A stretch of DNA of 64,000 nucleotides from NCBI GenBank assembly GCA_963845145.1, contig CAWJQU010000004.1, forward strand, positions 288,001-352,000, read 5' to 3'. Position numbers and translations under genes: made by a program. The DNA comes from an uncultured delta proteobacterium. GTDB lineage: Bacteria; Desulfobacterota; Desulfobacteria; Desulfobacterales; QNYZ01. Of this stretch, positions 1-9,793 are shown piece after piece. Every line of letters begins with the position of its first letter. Positions within the stretch are counted from its first letter, which is position 1. The notes under the pieces were generated by a model. The model saw nothing but the letters and a program-made list of their open reading frames with translations. It was not told the origin of the DNA and made no database searches.

Positions 1-691
1 GAATGATAAGGAAAAAAAGAAGGATGTGGGCGGTGATGATAACCCCTCGGTAGCGATGATAAAATTCATTTCTTATTTGAAGTTTTTGAAGGCCACCACA
101 CAACCGGCGAAAGCGATCTAGGGGAAGATACCGCTCGTTGTCGGATTCTGAATTGCTTTGAAACGCAATGGATGGATAAAGGATATACATTTCTTCATCG
201 CAAAGATCCCTTAAAAAATCATCGTAGGGGACGTTCTGCCACGTCTGCCGAATAAGGAATTCGGCAAACCGCCGATGAATGGCATAACCGTGGGTCAAAC
301 TGCGAAATCCGATGTTAAGAATGGATGGAAACGTCGTGGGGCTGCTGCGTCGAACCATGCAGCCCAAAAAGAGAATATGCCAGTGCTCATGGGTCGTGAG
401 AAACACCTTGGCTTGGGACAACTTTTCAGGCGTCACCTTATCAAAAACAACGTCGTCTTCAAAAATGAGTATTCGCTCCGCCCCCGCCTCAAGCCCTTTT
501 TTCAGGCATAGAAGGTGGGACGTGTAAATGCCCTCTTCGCAATTGGTGGGGTGCTTTTCCACGATGACAAATTCAACGCGATCGGCCAAGCCCACCTGGT
601 TAAACTGATCGCGGGCTTCCGCTTGTCGATCCTTTCGATCCACCAGCGAAATGCAGTAAATTTTATCAACGCAGTCCCAGATTGCTTGCAT
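1..691 (-). CDS. Glycosyltransferase family 25-like protein, 3' end runs off the window
   Basis: Not in the ORF track because it has no stop in the window. Manual translation from ATG 691 gives MQAIWDCVDKIYCISLVDRKDR...GIYTSHLLCL...ILIFEDDVVF, which has the GT25 motifs (YxISL..R.DR, SH, FEDD), and ends in a hydrophobic stretch. Confidence 0.8.
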   Translation of the reverse strand, partial: MQAIWDCVDKIYCISLVDRKDRQAEARDQFNQVGLADRVEFVIVEKHPTNCEEGIYTSHLLCLKKGLEAGAERILIFEDDVVFDKVTPEKLSQAKVFLTTHEHWHILFLGCMVRRSSPTTFPSILNIGFRSLTHGYAIHRRFAEFLIRQTWQNVPYDDFLRDLCDEEMYILYPSIAFQSNSESDNERYLPLDRFRRLCGGLQKLQIRNEFYHRYRGVIITAHILLFFLII

Positions 692-803
692 TATTATTCT
701 CAAACACATATGTGAATAGCGCTGTCGAAACGTTCATTGAAGCCCTCTCTGTTTACATGGGGGCCAGTAAAAATTCAACCTGATTTCATAAGACCGAAAA
801 CGG

Positions 804-1154
804 ATGTCAAACCGGCTGATCCACTACCTGTCCCAAACCGCCTATGTGCGGTCCGCGTTGGCGGAGCAGGCAGACCTGAACATCTTTAAACAAAAACCGA
901 CGCCCCGAATGATCTGGGGCCTGGTGATCATCGGTATCAGTTATACCATTGGGTGGCCGTTGATCGGCCTTCTGGGGATATTGGCCGTGTATTTTGAGAA
1001 GCCGGTCCTGCTGGCAGTTGGCGGCCCGATCGCTTATGGCTTTTCGCATCTGACATTTATGCTCGGGGCCTGGCTGGCCGGCGCAGACCACGCCCGGGCT
1101 TTTTTTCGCTGGGCCACCCGCATGGCCATGTTGAAACTCACCAAAGATACTTGA
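804..1154 (+). CDS. Small membrane protein of unknown function
   Basis: 116 aa with two to three hydrophobic segments, directly upstream of and co-oriented with the B12 radical SAM gene. Confidence 0.7.
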   Translation: MSNRLIHYLSQTAYVRSALAEQADLNIFKQKPTPRMIWGLVIIGISYTIGWPLIGLLGILAVYFEKPVLLAVGGPIAYGFSHLTFMLGAWLAGADHARAFFRWATRMAMLKLTKDT

Positions 1155-1184
1155 GCTTCGTATGTTTAAAAGAAAGATTCGCAT

Positions 1185-2618
1185 GTGAGAATAGTTCTGG
1201 TTCATCCTGCGGGATCCAATTGGGTGCCCGGTCGCAAAGATGTTGCCGCGGTCGCCAATCGTATGGCACCGCTGGGCCTGCTCTCCATCGCCGCTTATCT
1301 GGAAAAAGAAGGGCATACGGTTGTCGTCCACGACTGTCTGGGGCCGAACGCCATGGCCGGTACCCGGGCGAATGTGAAGTATATCCTCAGCCATATGCCT
1401 GATTTGGTGGGTTTTTCCGCTACAACCTCCGGTTTCCTGGATGGCTATGACCTGGCGGTTCACATCAAGACGGATCGCCCACAGACCCGTATTATTTTCG
1501 GTGGGGTTCATATTTCCGCTTTAGGGGGCGTGCTGCTCGATCAATTCGAGCATATTGACTACCTGGCCATGGGAGAAGGCGAGATCACCATGGCCCAGCT
1601 CGCCGCAGAAATGGACCCCCGGAAAATCAGCGGCCTGGTATGGCGGGATAATGGCGAAGTGGTCACCAATCCCCAACGGCAGCACATCCAGGATCTGGAC
1701 GATCTTCCCTTCCCGGCTTATGAAAAGCTCGAAAACTTTCCCCGGGGATATCGTTTGCCCCTGTTCAGCTACATCCAGACACCCGGTGCCACCATGGTGA
1801 CCAGCCGGGGGTGTCCTTTCAAGTGTACCTATTGCGACCGTTCGGTTTTTAAACAGGGCTTTCGGTATAACTCCGCCGAATATATTTATAATCATATGCA
1901 ATATTTAAAAAACCGATTTGGCATTCGGCATTTAAATATTTATGATGACCTGTTCACCTTGAATCGCAAACGAATCGTCGCTCTTTGCGATCTGTTGACC
2001 CAAAACCCCCTGGGCATTCAATTTAATTGCGCCGTCCGGGTGGGGCATGTCGATGACGAATTGCTGCAAATGCTCGGCCAGGCCGGTTGCCTCATGGTCT
2101 CTCTGGGGATTGAAACCGGGGATGCGGATTTGATGAAAGTCCACAAACCCGGTGTCTATTTAGAAGAGGTTCAGGATACGGTCAAGCGGATTAAAGCCGC
2201 CGGGTTGAGGGTCAAAGGGCTTTTCATGATGGGCCTTCCGGGAGATACGGTAGCGTCGATTCAAAAAACCAGCGACTTTGTCATCTCTTTAGGTCTGGAC
2301 GATATGAACATGTCCAAGTTTACCCCTTTTCACGGTGCAACGGTATGGGAAACCATTTTTGATGAGGGCGCGATGGAAGAAAACTGGCGAATGATGAACT
2401 GCCTGAACTTCGTGTTCGTTCCCAAGGACATTGACTCCAAAGAAACATTGGACCAACTTTACAATACCCATGTCAAGCGGTTTTACTCCGACGCCAGGTG
2501 GCGAAAAATGTTTCGTAAACGGATCTGGCAGCACCGCCGAAGCTTGTGGTACCTGGTTGCCCATCTGCCCGATTTTCTCTCGGCCATGCGTACTTTTGAG
2601 CCAAAAAAAAAGCCATAA
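1185..2618 (+). CDS. Cobalamin-binding radical SAM protein (class B methylase-like)
   Basis: N-terminal B12-binding domain (PLGLLSIAAYL, GGVH, GEGE) and TSRGCPFKCTYC (CxxxCxxC). Confidence 0.9.
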   Translation: MRIVLVHPAGSNWVPGRKDVAAVANRMAPLGLLSIAAYLEKEGHTVVVHDCLGPNAMAGTRANVKYILSHMPDLVGFSATTSGFLDGYDLAVHIKTDRPQTRIIFGGVHISALGGVLLDQFEHIDYLAMGEGEITMAQLAAEMDPRKISGLVWRDNGEVVTNPQRQHIQDLDDLPFPAYEKLENFPRGYRLPLFSYIQTPGATMVTSRGCPFKCTYCDRSVFKQGFRYNSAEYIYNHMQYLKNRFGIRHLNIYDDLFTLNRKRIVALCDLLTQNPLGIQFNCAVRVGHVDDELLQMLGQAGCLMVSLGIETGDADLMKVHKPGVYLEEVQDTVKRIKAAGLRVKGLFMMGLPGDTVASIQKTSDFVISLGLDDMNMSKFTPFHGATVWETIFDEGAMEENWRMMNCLNFVFVPKDIDSKETLDQLYNTHVKRFYSDARWRKMFRKRIWQHRRSLWYLVAHLPDFLSAMRTFEPKKKP

Positions 2619-2717
2619 AATCGCCACAGACGTACTTTACTTGACAATTATAGTGACCGTTGTAAATTGTTGGGGACCTCTTTATAAATCATTCAATCCA
2701 ACTTTTAGGAGAAATAC

Positions 2718-4084
2718 GTGAACCTAAACCGGCTTTTTCACCCTAAATCCATTGCCGTGATCGGGGTGTCGCTGTCCAATGACCGCCATCCGGCCAATGT
2801 CATCTATGATAAAATCCTTCTTCGCTATCCGGTGAAAGTTTACCCGGTTAATCCCAAAGGGGGCCAGATTCACCGGGACCCGGTTTATAAGGATGTCACC
2901 GATATACCCGAGTCGGTGGATCTGGCCGTGATTGCCGCCCGGTCGAAACACGTTCCCACCATACTTAAAGGATGCATCGAAAAAAAGGTGGGGGGGCCAC
3001 CATCATTTCCGGCGGGTTTGCCGAGGTGGGGCGCCAGGATCTTCAGGACGAGATTGTTGCCATGGCGGAGGCGGCGGACTTTCCTTTCATCGGGCCCAAT
3101 TGCTTGGGGATTTATGCCCCGGATCGCTTCGACACCTTCTTTTTACCAGGCCAGCGCCTGATTCGACCGGATGCGGGCAGTGTGGCCATCATTAGTCAGA
3201 GTGGTGGGGTATTGGTTGATCAGATGGTAAAATTCAAGGCCCAGGGAGTCGGTCTTTCCATTGGCGTGAGTATCGGCAATAAGGCCTTGATTCGAGAAAC
3301 TGCCCTGCTTGAGTATTTGGCCCAGGACCCTGCCACCCGGGTTATCGCATTTTACGTAGAAGGGTTTAACGAAGGGGAGGGGCGCGCTTTTGTCCAGGCA
3401 GCGCATCAATGTCCCAAACCCGTGATCGTCCTGAAGGCCGGCAAGAGCAGCGCGGGCAGTCGTGCGGCTTCCAGCCACACGGCCTCTTTGGCCGGCGATT
3501 ATGCGGTGTTTACCCAGGTGTTGGGCCAGCATTGCATTGCCGAGGCCAAGTCGGAATACGAATTGTTGGCGTTTTGCGAAGCCTTGAGTTGTTATCAGGA
3601 CGCCATCGAGGGGCGAGTCGGCATTATTACCGCCAGCGGCGGGCATGGTGTTTTGGCTGTGGATATCCTCTCAGCCCAGGGATTGGACGTACCACCTTTA
3701 TCAAAAGCGGCCCAAAAAGATATCTATGACCGTTTGACCCCCAGTGTTCAGCCCATTGCCAGTGTCGGCAACCCGGTGGACCTCACCGGCAGCGCCACGG
3801 ATGAAGATTTTATGGGGGCGGCCATCGCCATGAGTCGATCGCCGGAAATCGAATGTATTCTTATTCTGATTTTACCCTACTCGCCCAGCTTGAGCCCTGA
3901 ACTGGGCGCTCGTTTGAGCCAAATATATCAGTCGGAGAAAAAACCGATGGTGGCCTATGTCCCGCATGAAGATAAATACGGAATGCTCATCGAAGGATTT
4001 GAACTAAACAATATTCCCGTTTCCGACTCTGTCGAGGGGGCCGCCCTCATGGTGGAAGCTTTGAGGAGGTGCCAGCCATGTTAA
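2718..4084 (+). CDS. ADP-forming acyl-CoA synthetase alpha subunit (CoA-binding and ligase domains), frameshifted near 2981-2996
   Basis: ORF 2718 gives PKSIAVIGVS...YPVNPK...VDLAVIA. The next frame gives IISGGFAE, GPNCLG, SQSGG, SSHTASLAG and NPVDLTG. One extra G in the G7 run at 2990-2996 would join them. Confidence 0.85.
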
Positions 4085-4773
4085 CAAAACCCATGCTCGC
4101 TATTCTCGAAGCTGCCGCATCGGACGGCTGGGTGATGGAACCGGATGCTAAAAAATTGCTGGATCTCGCCGGCCTGCCGGTACCGAACCTCACCCTTGCC
4201 GCCACATCGGCCGATGCCGTTGAAGCCGCCCGGAAAATAGGCTACCCGGTGGCGGTTAAAGCTGTTTCGCCGGCGGTCGTCCATAAAACCGATGTTCATG
4301 CGGTTGAGGTAAATATCAAAACGGACGATGACATCAAAGCGATATTCGATCGTTTCAGCGCTTTTGGGCAATTTAAAGGCATGCTGGTGGAAGAGATGGT
4401 TGCCGGCGTGGAGCTCATTATCGGCGCCAAGATGGATTACCAGTTCGGACCGGTGGTCCTATTGGGGATCGGTGGTACAGGGGTCGAGCTATACGGTGAT
4501 ACGGCTGTTCGCATGGCGCCATTACACGATACGGATGTTCATTCCATGGTTCGTCAGTTAAAGGGGCGGCGGGCGCTGGAAGGGTTCAGGGGGGCGGAAC
4601 CGGTGGATATGAATGCGTTGAGCGATTTGGTGGTCCGTTTTTCGGAACTGGTCATGTCACTAGAAAATCGGATCACCTCTATCGATTTAAACCCGGTGAT
4701 GTGTACGTCCAGCGGATGTGTGGTGGCCGATGCCCGCATTATGCTATCAGAGTCAAATGCTATTCACACGTAA
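4078..4773 (+). CDS. ADP-forming acyl-CoA synthetase beta subunit (ATP-grasp)
   Basis: IGYPVAVK, HKTD, FGPVVLLGIGG, DLNP and DARI motifs; overlaps the alpha subunit stop. Start taken at ATG 4078 (ORF track uses 4069). Confidence 0.88.
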   Translation: MLTKPMLAILEAAASDGWVMEPDAKKLLDLAGLPVPNLTLAATSADAVEAARKIGYPVAVKAVSPAVVHKTDVHAVEVNIKTDDDIKAIFDRFSAFGQFKGMLVEEMVAGVELIIGAKMDYQFGPVVLLGIGGTGVELYGDTAVRMAPLHDTDVHSMVRQLKGRRALEGFRGAEPVDMNALSDLVVRFSELVMSLENRITSIDLNPVMCTSSGCVVADARIMLSESNAIHT

Positions 4774-4823
4774 ACGATTCATACCTAAACCTGATTCATA
4801 CCTAAAACTGGGGCTCCGGTTCA

Positions 4824-5975
4824 ATGCATGTAATACCATTTAAAAAGCGGGTCTGTATCGGCCGGCGCGGTCATCGAAGCGGGGTGGTTTGGCTGAGCCG
4901 TATCCTCTTTTTGGGGATGATGTGTTTGCCGGCCCTGTCGCTCGCCCAGGATGATGCCGCGCTTTCCCCGGCCCAAATCCCTTCGCTTCTTACAGCGGCC
5001 CGGAGCATCAATTCGCTGACCTTTTGCGGCGAATCGGTCCCCCTGGACGATCCCCAAGTCAGGGAACGGTTTGAAAAGGAGCTTTTGCTCATTTTATGGA
5101 ATCGGCCCCAGGTGATCCTCTGGATCAAGCGTACTGCCCGCCATTTCCCCGTCATAGAAAAAATGCTGAAATCAGCCGGGTTACCCGATGATCTTAAATA
5201 TGTGGCCGTGGTGGAGAGCGCCTTGCAGCCCCATGTTCGTTCTTCCCAGAGCGCCGTGGGTTATTGGCAGTTTATAAAATCGACCGGATTAAAATATGGG
5301 CTTCGGATTGATAAGCATATTGATGAGCGGCGGAATTTATCTACCGCCACGCAGGCCGCCATTGCCTATTATAAAGACCTTTATGGCCTTTTCGGCCGGT
5401 GGACCCTTTCAGCCGCCGCCTATAATATGGGCGAGCAGGGTTTGCAGGCGGAGATTCTCATTCAGCAGATCGAAGATTACTATGCACTGTATCTGCCCCG
5501 TGAAACCCAGCGGTATATTCTTCGTATCCTGGCGGCCAAGGAGATCCTGCGATCACCCCGGTCGTATGGTTTTTTTTTACAAAAGGATGACCTTTATGAG
5601 CCATTGGCGTCCGAAAGCGTTACGATTCGTCTTACCGATGAGGTACCGGTCCAGGTTTTGGCCCGGTCGGCGCGCACTTCCTTTAAAGCCATCAAAGAGC
5701 TCAATCCGCAGATACGGGGTCACTATCTGGCGCCGGGTGTCCATACCTTGTCGATTCCGCCGGGAGCGAGTAAAGGTTATAAGAAGCGTTTGGAAAAAGA
5801 GAAGCGTAAATCAGCGGCGGCAAACAAAAAGCGTGTTTACATTGTTCGCAAAGGGGATTCCCTGACCAGTATTGCCAACCAATTCGGGGTGCCTCTACCC
5901 GCACTTTTAATTTGGAACCGCCTGGATTACCGTAAACCCATTCATCCCGGTGACCGCTTGATGATTCACCCCTAG
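4824..5975 (+). CDS. Lytic transglycosylase (SLT domain, MltD-like) with C-terminal LysM
   Basis: AVVES catalytic motif, AVGYWQFI, AAYNMG, ETQRY; C-terminal YIVRKGDSLTSIA LysM; N-terminal signal-like segment. Confidence 0.9.
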   Translation: MHVIPFKKRVCIGRRGHRSGVVWLSRILFLGMMCLPALSLAQDDAALSPAQIPSLLTAARSINSLTFCGESVPLDDPQVRERFEKELLLILWNRPQVILWIKRTARHFPVIEKMLKSAGLPDDLKYVAVVESALQPHVRSSQSAVGYWQFIKSTGLKYGLRIDKHIDERRNLSTATQAAIAYYKDLYGLFGRWTLSAAAYNMGEQGLQAEILIQQIEDYYALYLPRETQRYILRILAAKEILRSPRSYGFFLQKDDLYEPLASESVTIRLTDEVPVQVLARSARTSFKAIKELNPQIRGHYLAPGVHTLSIPPGASKGYKKRLEKEKRKSAAANKKRVYIVRKGDSLTSIANQFGVPLPALLIWNRLDYRKPIHPGDRLMIHP

Positions 5976-6000
5976 TGATAAAGGAGTAATAAAGGCTTTC

Positions 6001-6663
6001 GTGTTGGTTGAAACCACTAACATAAAGGAACGGCTGTGCCTATTTACCCGGTATCCTCAACCGGGGACGACCAAGACCCGTTTGATTAAAATGCTCGGCG
6101 AAACGGGCGCAGCCGAACTGCAGCGCCAAATGACGGTTCATATTCTCGACCAGGTTCGTTTATTGGCCGCCAAGCGGTCTATCCATGTGTCGATCTGCTA
6201 CGAGGGTGGGGATGCGCAACGGATGGCGCAATGGCTGGGATCCGAATTTTCCTATACCCGTCAGGCCACCGGCGATATCGGTCGACGAATGGCACAAGCG
6301 CTACGCCAGGCTTCCGTTGATGGATTTGAGGCGGTGGTCCTGATCGGCGCGGACATTCCGGGAATGACCGCAGACATTTTAAACCGGGCCTTTGATGGGT
6401 TGCGACACAATGACATTATGATCGGGCCTGCCAAGGATGGCGGCTATTATCTAATCGGGCTTCAAGCAAAATCTATGGAAAAAGCGGTCCCGGGCCTGTT
6501 TAAAGGCGTCACGTGGAGTACTTCCGCCGTCCTCGCCAAAACCCTTCAACTTGCTGACACATTGGGTTTGCGTTATTCCTTGTTGGACGAACTTGGGGAT
6601 GTAGACCAACCCGCCGATATCGGCCGTTGGGAAACGGTGGCGGTAGATTCAGCAAGGCATTGA
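6001..6663 (+). CDS. TIGR04282/DUF2064-family (CofC-like) transferase, arsenosugar-cluster associated
   Basis: FTRYPQPGTTKTRL, QATGDIGRRM, IGADIP, GPAKDGGYYLIGL, WST and LGDVD motifs; AAGGAG RBS upstream. Confidence 0.85.
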   Translation: MLVETTNIKERLCLFTRYPQPGTTKTRLIKMLGETGAAELQRQMTVHILDQVRLLAAKRSIHVSICYEGGDAQRMAQWLGSEFSYTRQATGDIGRRMAQALRQASVDGFEAVVLIGADIPGMTADILNRAFDGLRHNDIMIGPAKDGGYYLIGLQAKSMEKAVPGLFKGVTWSTSAVLAKTLQLADTLGLRYSLLDELGDVDQPADIGRWETVAVDSARH

Positions 6664-6788
6664 AAATGTGCGTCGATTCGGCTACTATTACCTAAATTGA
6701 GCGATCAACGACGTAACGACGCGGATTCATCCGCCGGAGTATTTTTAACGCTCCCATCATTCCTGCCCAAAACCATGAGAGGAAAAAC

Positions 6789-7397
6789 TTGAATTCGGGT
6801 ACCGCCAATCACCAAGCGTCTGATCCGGTAACCTGGATGGACCGTTATGGAGACTATCTTTACGCTTTTGCGCTTTCGCGGGTGCGTGATCCTGCGGTGG
6901 CGGAAGAAGCGGTTCAGGAAACATTTTTGGCGGCCCTGGACGCGCGGAAAAATTACAAGCAGCAATCCTCCGAGAAAACCTGGTTTACGGGAATCTTGAA
7001 ACATAAGATAATGGATTTTTACCGTAAACGTTCCAAGGAAAAGAATGCTTTTCCAATCGATTCCTCCGAATCAAAGGCTGACACCTACTTCACCAAAGCC
7101 GGCAAGTGGCGGGAGAAACCGGCACATTGGGCGGATGATCCCCACGAGCTATATAAACAAAAAGAGTTCCTGGCCGTATTGTATTATTGTCTTTCACATT
7201 TACCCAACCGTCAGAGCGAGGTGTTTACCCGGCGGGAGATGGACGGCCTGAGTACCGACGAGATTTGTAAGCTTTACGATATTACCGCGACGAATTGCTG
7301 GGTGATACTCCACCGCGCGCGAATGGTTCTTCGCCGTTGTGTCGAGAAGAACTGGTTCGGCGACAAAAAAAACAACCATGATAAAATGCAGGTTTGA
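6789..7397 (+). CDS. ECF RNA polymerase sigma factor (TIGR02943-like)
   Basis: AEEAVQETFLAAL, KTWFTGILKHKIMD, region 4 EICKLYDITATNCWVILHRAR; GAGAGG RBS before the TTG start. Confidence 0.9.
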   Translation: MNSGTANHQASDPVTWMDRYGDYLYAFALSRVRDPAVAEEAVQETFLAALDARKNYKQQSSEKTWFTGILKHKIMDFYRKRSKEKNAFPIDSSESKADTYFTKAGKWREKPAHWADDPHELYKQKEFLAVLYYCLSHLPNRQSEVFTRREMDGLSTDEICKLYDITATNCWVILHRARMVLRRCVEKNWFGDKKNNHDKMQV

Positions 7398-7400
7398 CCT

Positions 7401-7673
7401 ATGCGTCATTGGATGATGGATTGCCGTGAAATATCACGAATGGTATCGGCTTCAATGGATCGGAAACTACCGCTATATCAGCGAATTGGTATTCGAATGC
7501 ATGTTTTGATGTGTCGGTACTGCTACCGCTACAGAAAACAATTGTTATTCCTGCGCAAAGTGATCCATCTAAATATGAATCTTTCCCAGGAAATTGCTTC
7601 TGAGATTCATCTGCCCGAGGCAGCGCGAACGCGAATCATCGAAAGACTGAATCGGCAGCTCGCCGGGCGATGA
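7401..7673 (+). CDS. Zinc-finger (zf-HC2) anti-sigma factor
   Basis: DCREISRMVS...HVLMCRYC (C...HxxxCxxC), 3 bp after the ECF sigma stop; no TM segment. Confidence 0.85.
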   Translation: MRHWMMDCREISRMVSASMDRKLPLYQRIGIRMHVLMCRYCYRYRKQLLFLRKVIHLNMNLSQEIASEIHLPEAARTRIIERLNRQLAGR

Positions 7674-7836
7674 CCCTCACTTATCTTGTCGATCGAAACG
7701 GTGAATGCATCCCATGCGTACTTTATTGACACTTTTGTGTAAGGTGTCCGGCCTCTGGACGACAAAGCCCCCAAACATGAGTCAAGAAAAACCCGAATAT
7801 TTGAAGAATAAGAATTGAGATAAGGAATCCCATCCA

Positions 7837-9306
7837 ATGGCTGATTATGATTATGATATTGGCGTTATCGGCGGCGGTGCGGCCGGCTTGACCATTACCT
7901 CGGGGGCGTCCCAACTGGGGGCAAAAACAGTGCTGGTGGAAAAAGAATCCGCCTTGGGGGGCGATTGCTTGCATTTCGGGTGTGTGCCGAGCAAAACGTT
8001 GATTAAAAGCGCCCATGTGTATCACTTGCTGAAAAACACTGAAAAGTACGGCCTTCCCCCGGTGGATCTTCCACCCGTGGATTTTAAAAATGTGGCTCAA
8101 CGAATTCAGGCCGTGATCGATGTTATTCAAAAACATGATTCCGAAGAGAGGTTTTGTCAACTTGGTGCACGGGTTCTGTTTGGAAATCCCGCTTTTGTCG
8201 ACCCTCATGCCATTCGGTTGAATGGCGAAACGATTTCAGCCAAAAAATGGGTGATCGCCACCGGCTCATCTCCGGTGGCACCGCCCATTGAAGGGCTTGA
8301 CCAGGTCGATTTTCTCACCAACAAGGAAATTTTTTCATTGGATCGTCTGCCCAAATCCATGATCGTTTTGGGTGCCGGCCCCATCGGGTGTGAGATGGGC
8401 CAGGCCTTTAACCGTCTGGGCGCTCATGTCCGGATCGTGGATCGTTCCGATCAGATTCTGGGCAAGGAAGACAAAGATCTAGCAGATGAGGTTCAGGCTT
8501 CCCTTCAATCCGAAGGGGTCGATTTCCATTTGGAAGTCAGCATTGAAAAGATCAAAGACCTTGGCAATGGTGAAAAAGAGGTATTGGTTAAGGAAAAAGG
8601 CGGACAAACAGTCAGCCTTAAAGCGGATACTATTTTGGTGGCCATGGGCCGGCGTCCGAATACGGATGGGTTAAACCTTACCGACATCGGTGTTGAGGTT
8701 GGCCGCACGGGGATAAGCGTCGACGAAAGATTGAGGACGACTCAAAAGCACATTTACGCTGCCGGGGATGTTGGCGGCGGTTACCAGTTTACGCATGCCG
8801 CCGGTTATGAGGGGGGGATTGTTATTAGTAATGCGATATTTCGACTGCCCCGCAAGGTGGACTACACCTATCTTCCCTGGTGCACATTCACCGATCCACC
8901 CCTGGGGAGTATCGGCATGAACGAAAAGGCGGCCAAGGCAGCCGGGATCAACTACCAGGTGTGGACGGAAAGATTCAAGGACAATGATCGCAGCCTGGCG
9001 GAGGGTGAGGAGGCCGGGCGCATTAAAATGATTTTAAACGACCGGGAAAAACCGATTGGCGTTCAGATTCTGGGAGCCGGTGCGGGTGATTTACTGGGGG
9101 AATGGGTGGCCGTTTTAAACGGTAAAGTGAAGCTTTCCACCCTTGCGGCTGCGATTCACCCCTATCCGACCATCGGCGAAATCAATAAGAAGGTAGCCGG
9201 AGCCTATTTTTCACCTAAAATATTTTCCGAAAAAATCAAAAAAGGACTCAAATTTTTCTTTCATCTGAAAGGCAGGGCCTGTGGACCGGACGATTGTACC
9301 ATGTAA
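7837..9306 (+). CDS. FAD-dependent pyridine nucleotide-disulfide oxidoreductase (dihydrolipoamide dehydrogenase/MerA-like)
   Basis: IGGGAAG, GGDCLHFGCVPSK redox disulfide, GAGPIG, AAGD and HPYPTIGE; C-terminal CGPDDC. Confidence 0.9.
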   Translation: MADYDYDIGVIGGGAAGLTITSGASQLGAKTVLVEKESALGGDCLHFGCVPSKTLIKSAHVYHLLKNTEKYGLPPVDLPPVDFKNVAQRIQAVIDVIQKHDSEERFCQLGARVLFGNPAFVDPHAIRLNGETISAKKWVIATGSSPVAPPIEGLDQVDFLTNKEIFSLDRLPKSMIVLGAGPIGCEMGQAFNRLGAHVRIVDRSDQILGKEDKDLADEVQASLQSEGVDFHLEVSIEKIKDLGNGEKEVLVKEKGGQTVSLKADTILVAMGRRPNTDGLNLTDIGVEVGRTGISVDERLRTTQKHIYAAGDVGGGYQFTHAAGYEGGIVISNAIFRLPRKVDYTYLPWCTFTDPPLGSIGMNEKAAKAAGINYQVWTERFKDNDRSLAEGEEAGRIKMILNDREKPIGVQILGAGAGDLLGEWVAVLNGKVKLSTLAAAIHPYPTIGEINKKVAGAYFSPKIFSEKIKKGLKFFFHLKGRACGPDDCTM

Positions 9307-9443
9307 TGAAAACCTTTATTTTTTAATATCGTACAAAACCTATCAATCATCTTGCCGGCTAACCCATTGGCCGCTTCAAGAGGACTAACGGGCTAACGGC
9401 CAACCGGTATTATCATAAACGAAAATGGAAAGGACCTTTATTA

Positions 9444-9776
9444 ATGGAAACCTACTACAATCCTGGAGATCTGCTCAAGTTCGAAGACATTGGTAAAGAA
9501 GCGCCGGAGATGGCCAAAAAATTCTTTGATTATTATGCCACAGTATTTGCCGAAGGTGAATTAACCGAAAGGGAGAAATCGCTGATTGCCCTTGCCGTGG
9601 CCCATGCCATCCAATGTCCCTATTGTATTGATGCGTATACTCAGGCTTGTTTGGAAAAAGGCTCCAATCCGGGGGAAATGACGGAAGCCATTCATGTGGC
9701 GACCGCCATTCGAGGTGGCGCATCTCTTGTTCACGGGATACAGATGCGCAATATTTCCGAAAAGATATCCATGTAA
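9444..9776 (+). CDS. AhpD/carboxymuconolactone decarboxylase-family peroxidase-like protein (ArsS-associated type)
   Basis: EREKSLIALAVAHAIQCPYCIDAY (CxxC), AIRGGASLVHG; directly upstream of the arsS-like gene. Confidence 0.88.
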   Translation: METYYNPGDLLKFEDIGKEAPEMAKKFFDYYATVFAEGELTEREKSLIALAVAHAIQCPYCIDAYTQACLEKGSNPGEMTEAIHVATAIRGGASLVHGIQMRNISEKISM

Positions 9777-9793
9777 ACCATCAGAGAAGAATT

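Noticed and set aside
7837..9306. Mercuric reductase (merA) call
   Set aside because: No N-terminal HMA domain and no C-terminal vicinal CC pair; it has an LPD-like HPYPTxxE motif and there are no mer genes nearby.
9647..9793. Long N-terminal extension of ArsS in the ORF track
   Set aside because: It overlaps the AhpD-like gene in another frame; ATG 9794 fits the operon spacing better.
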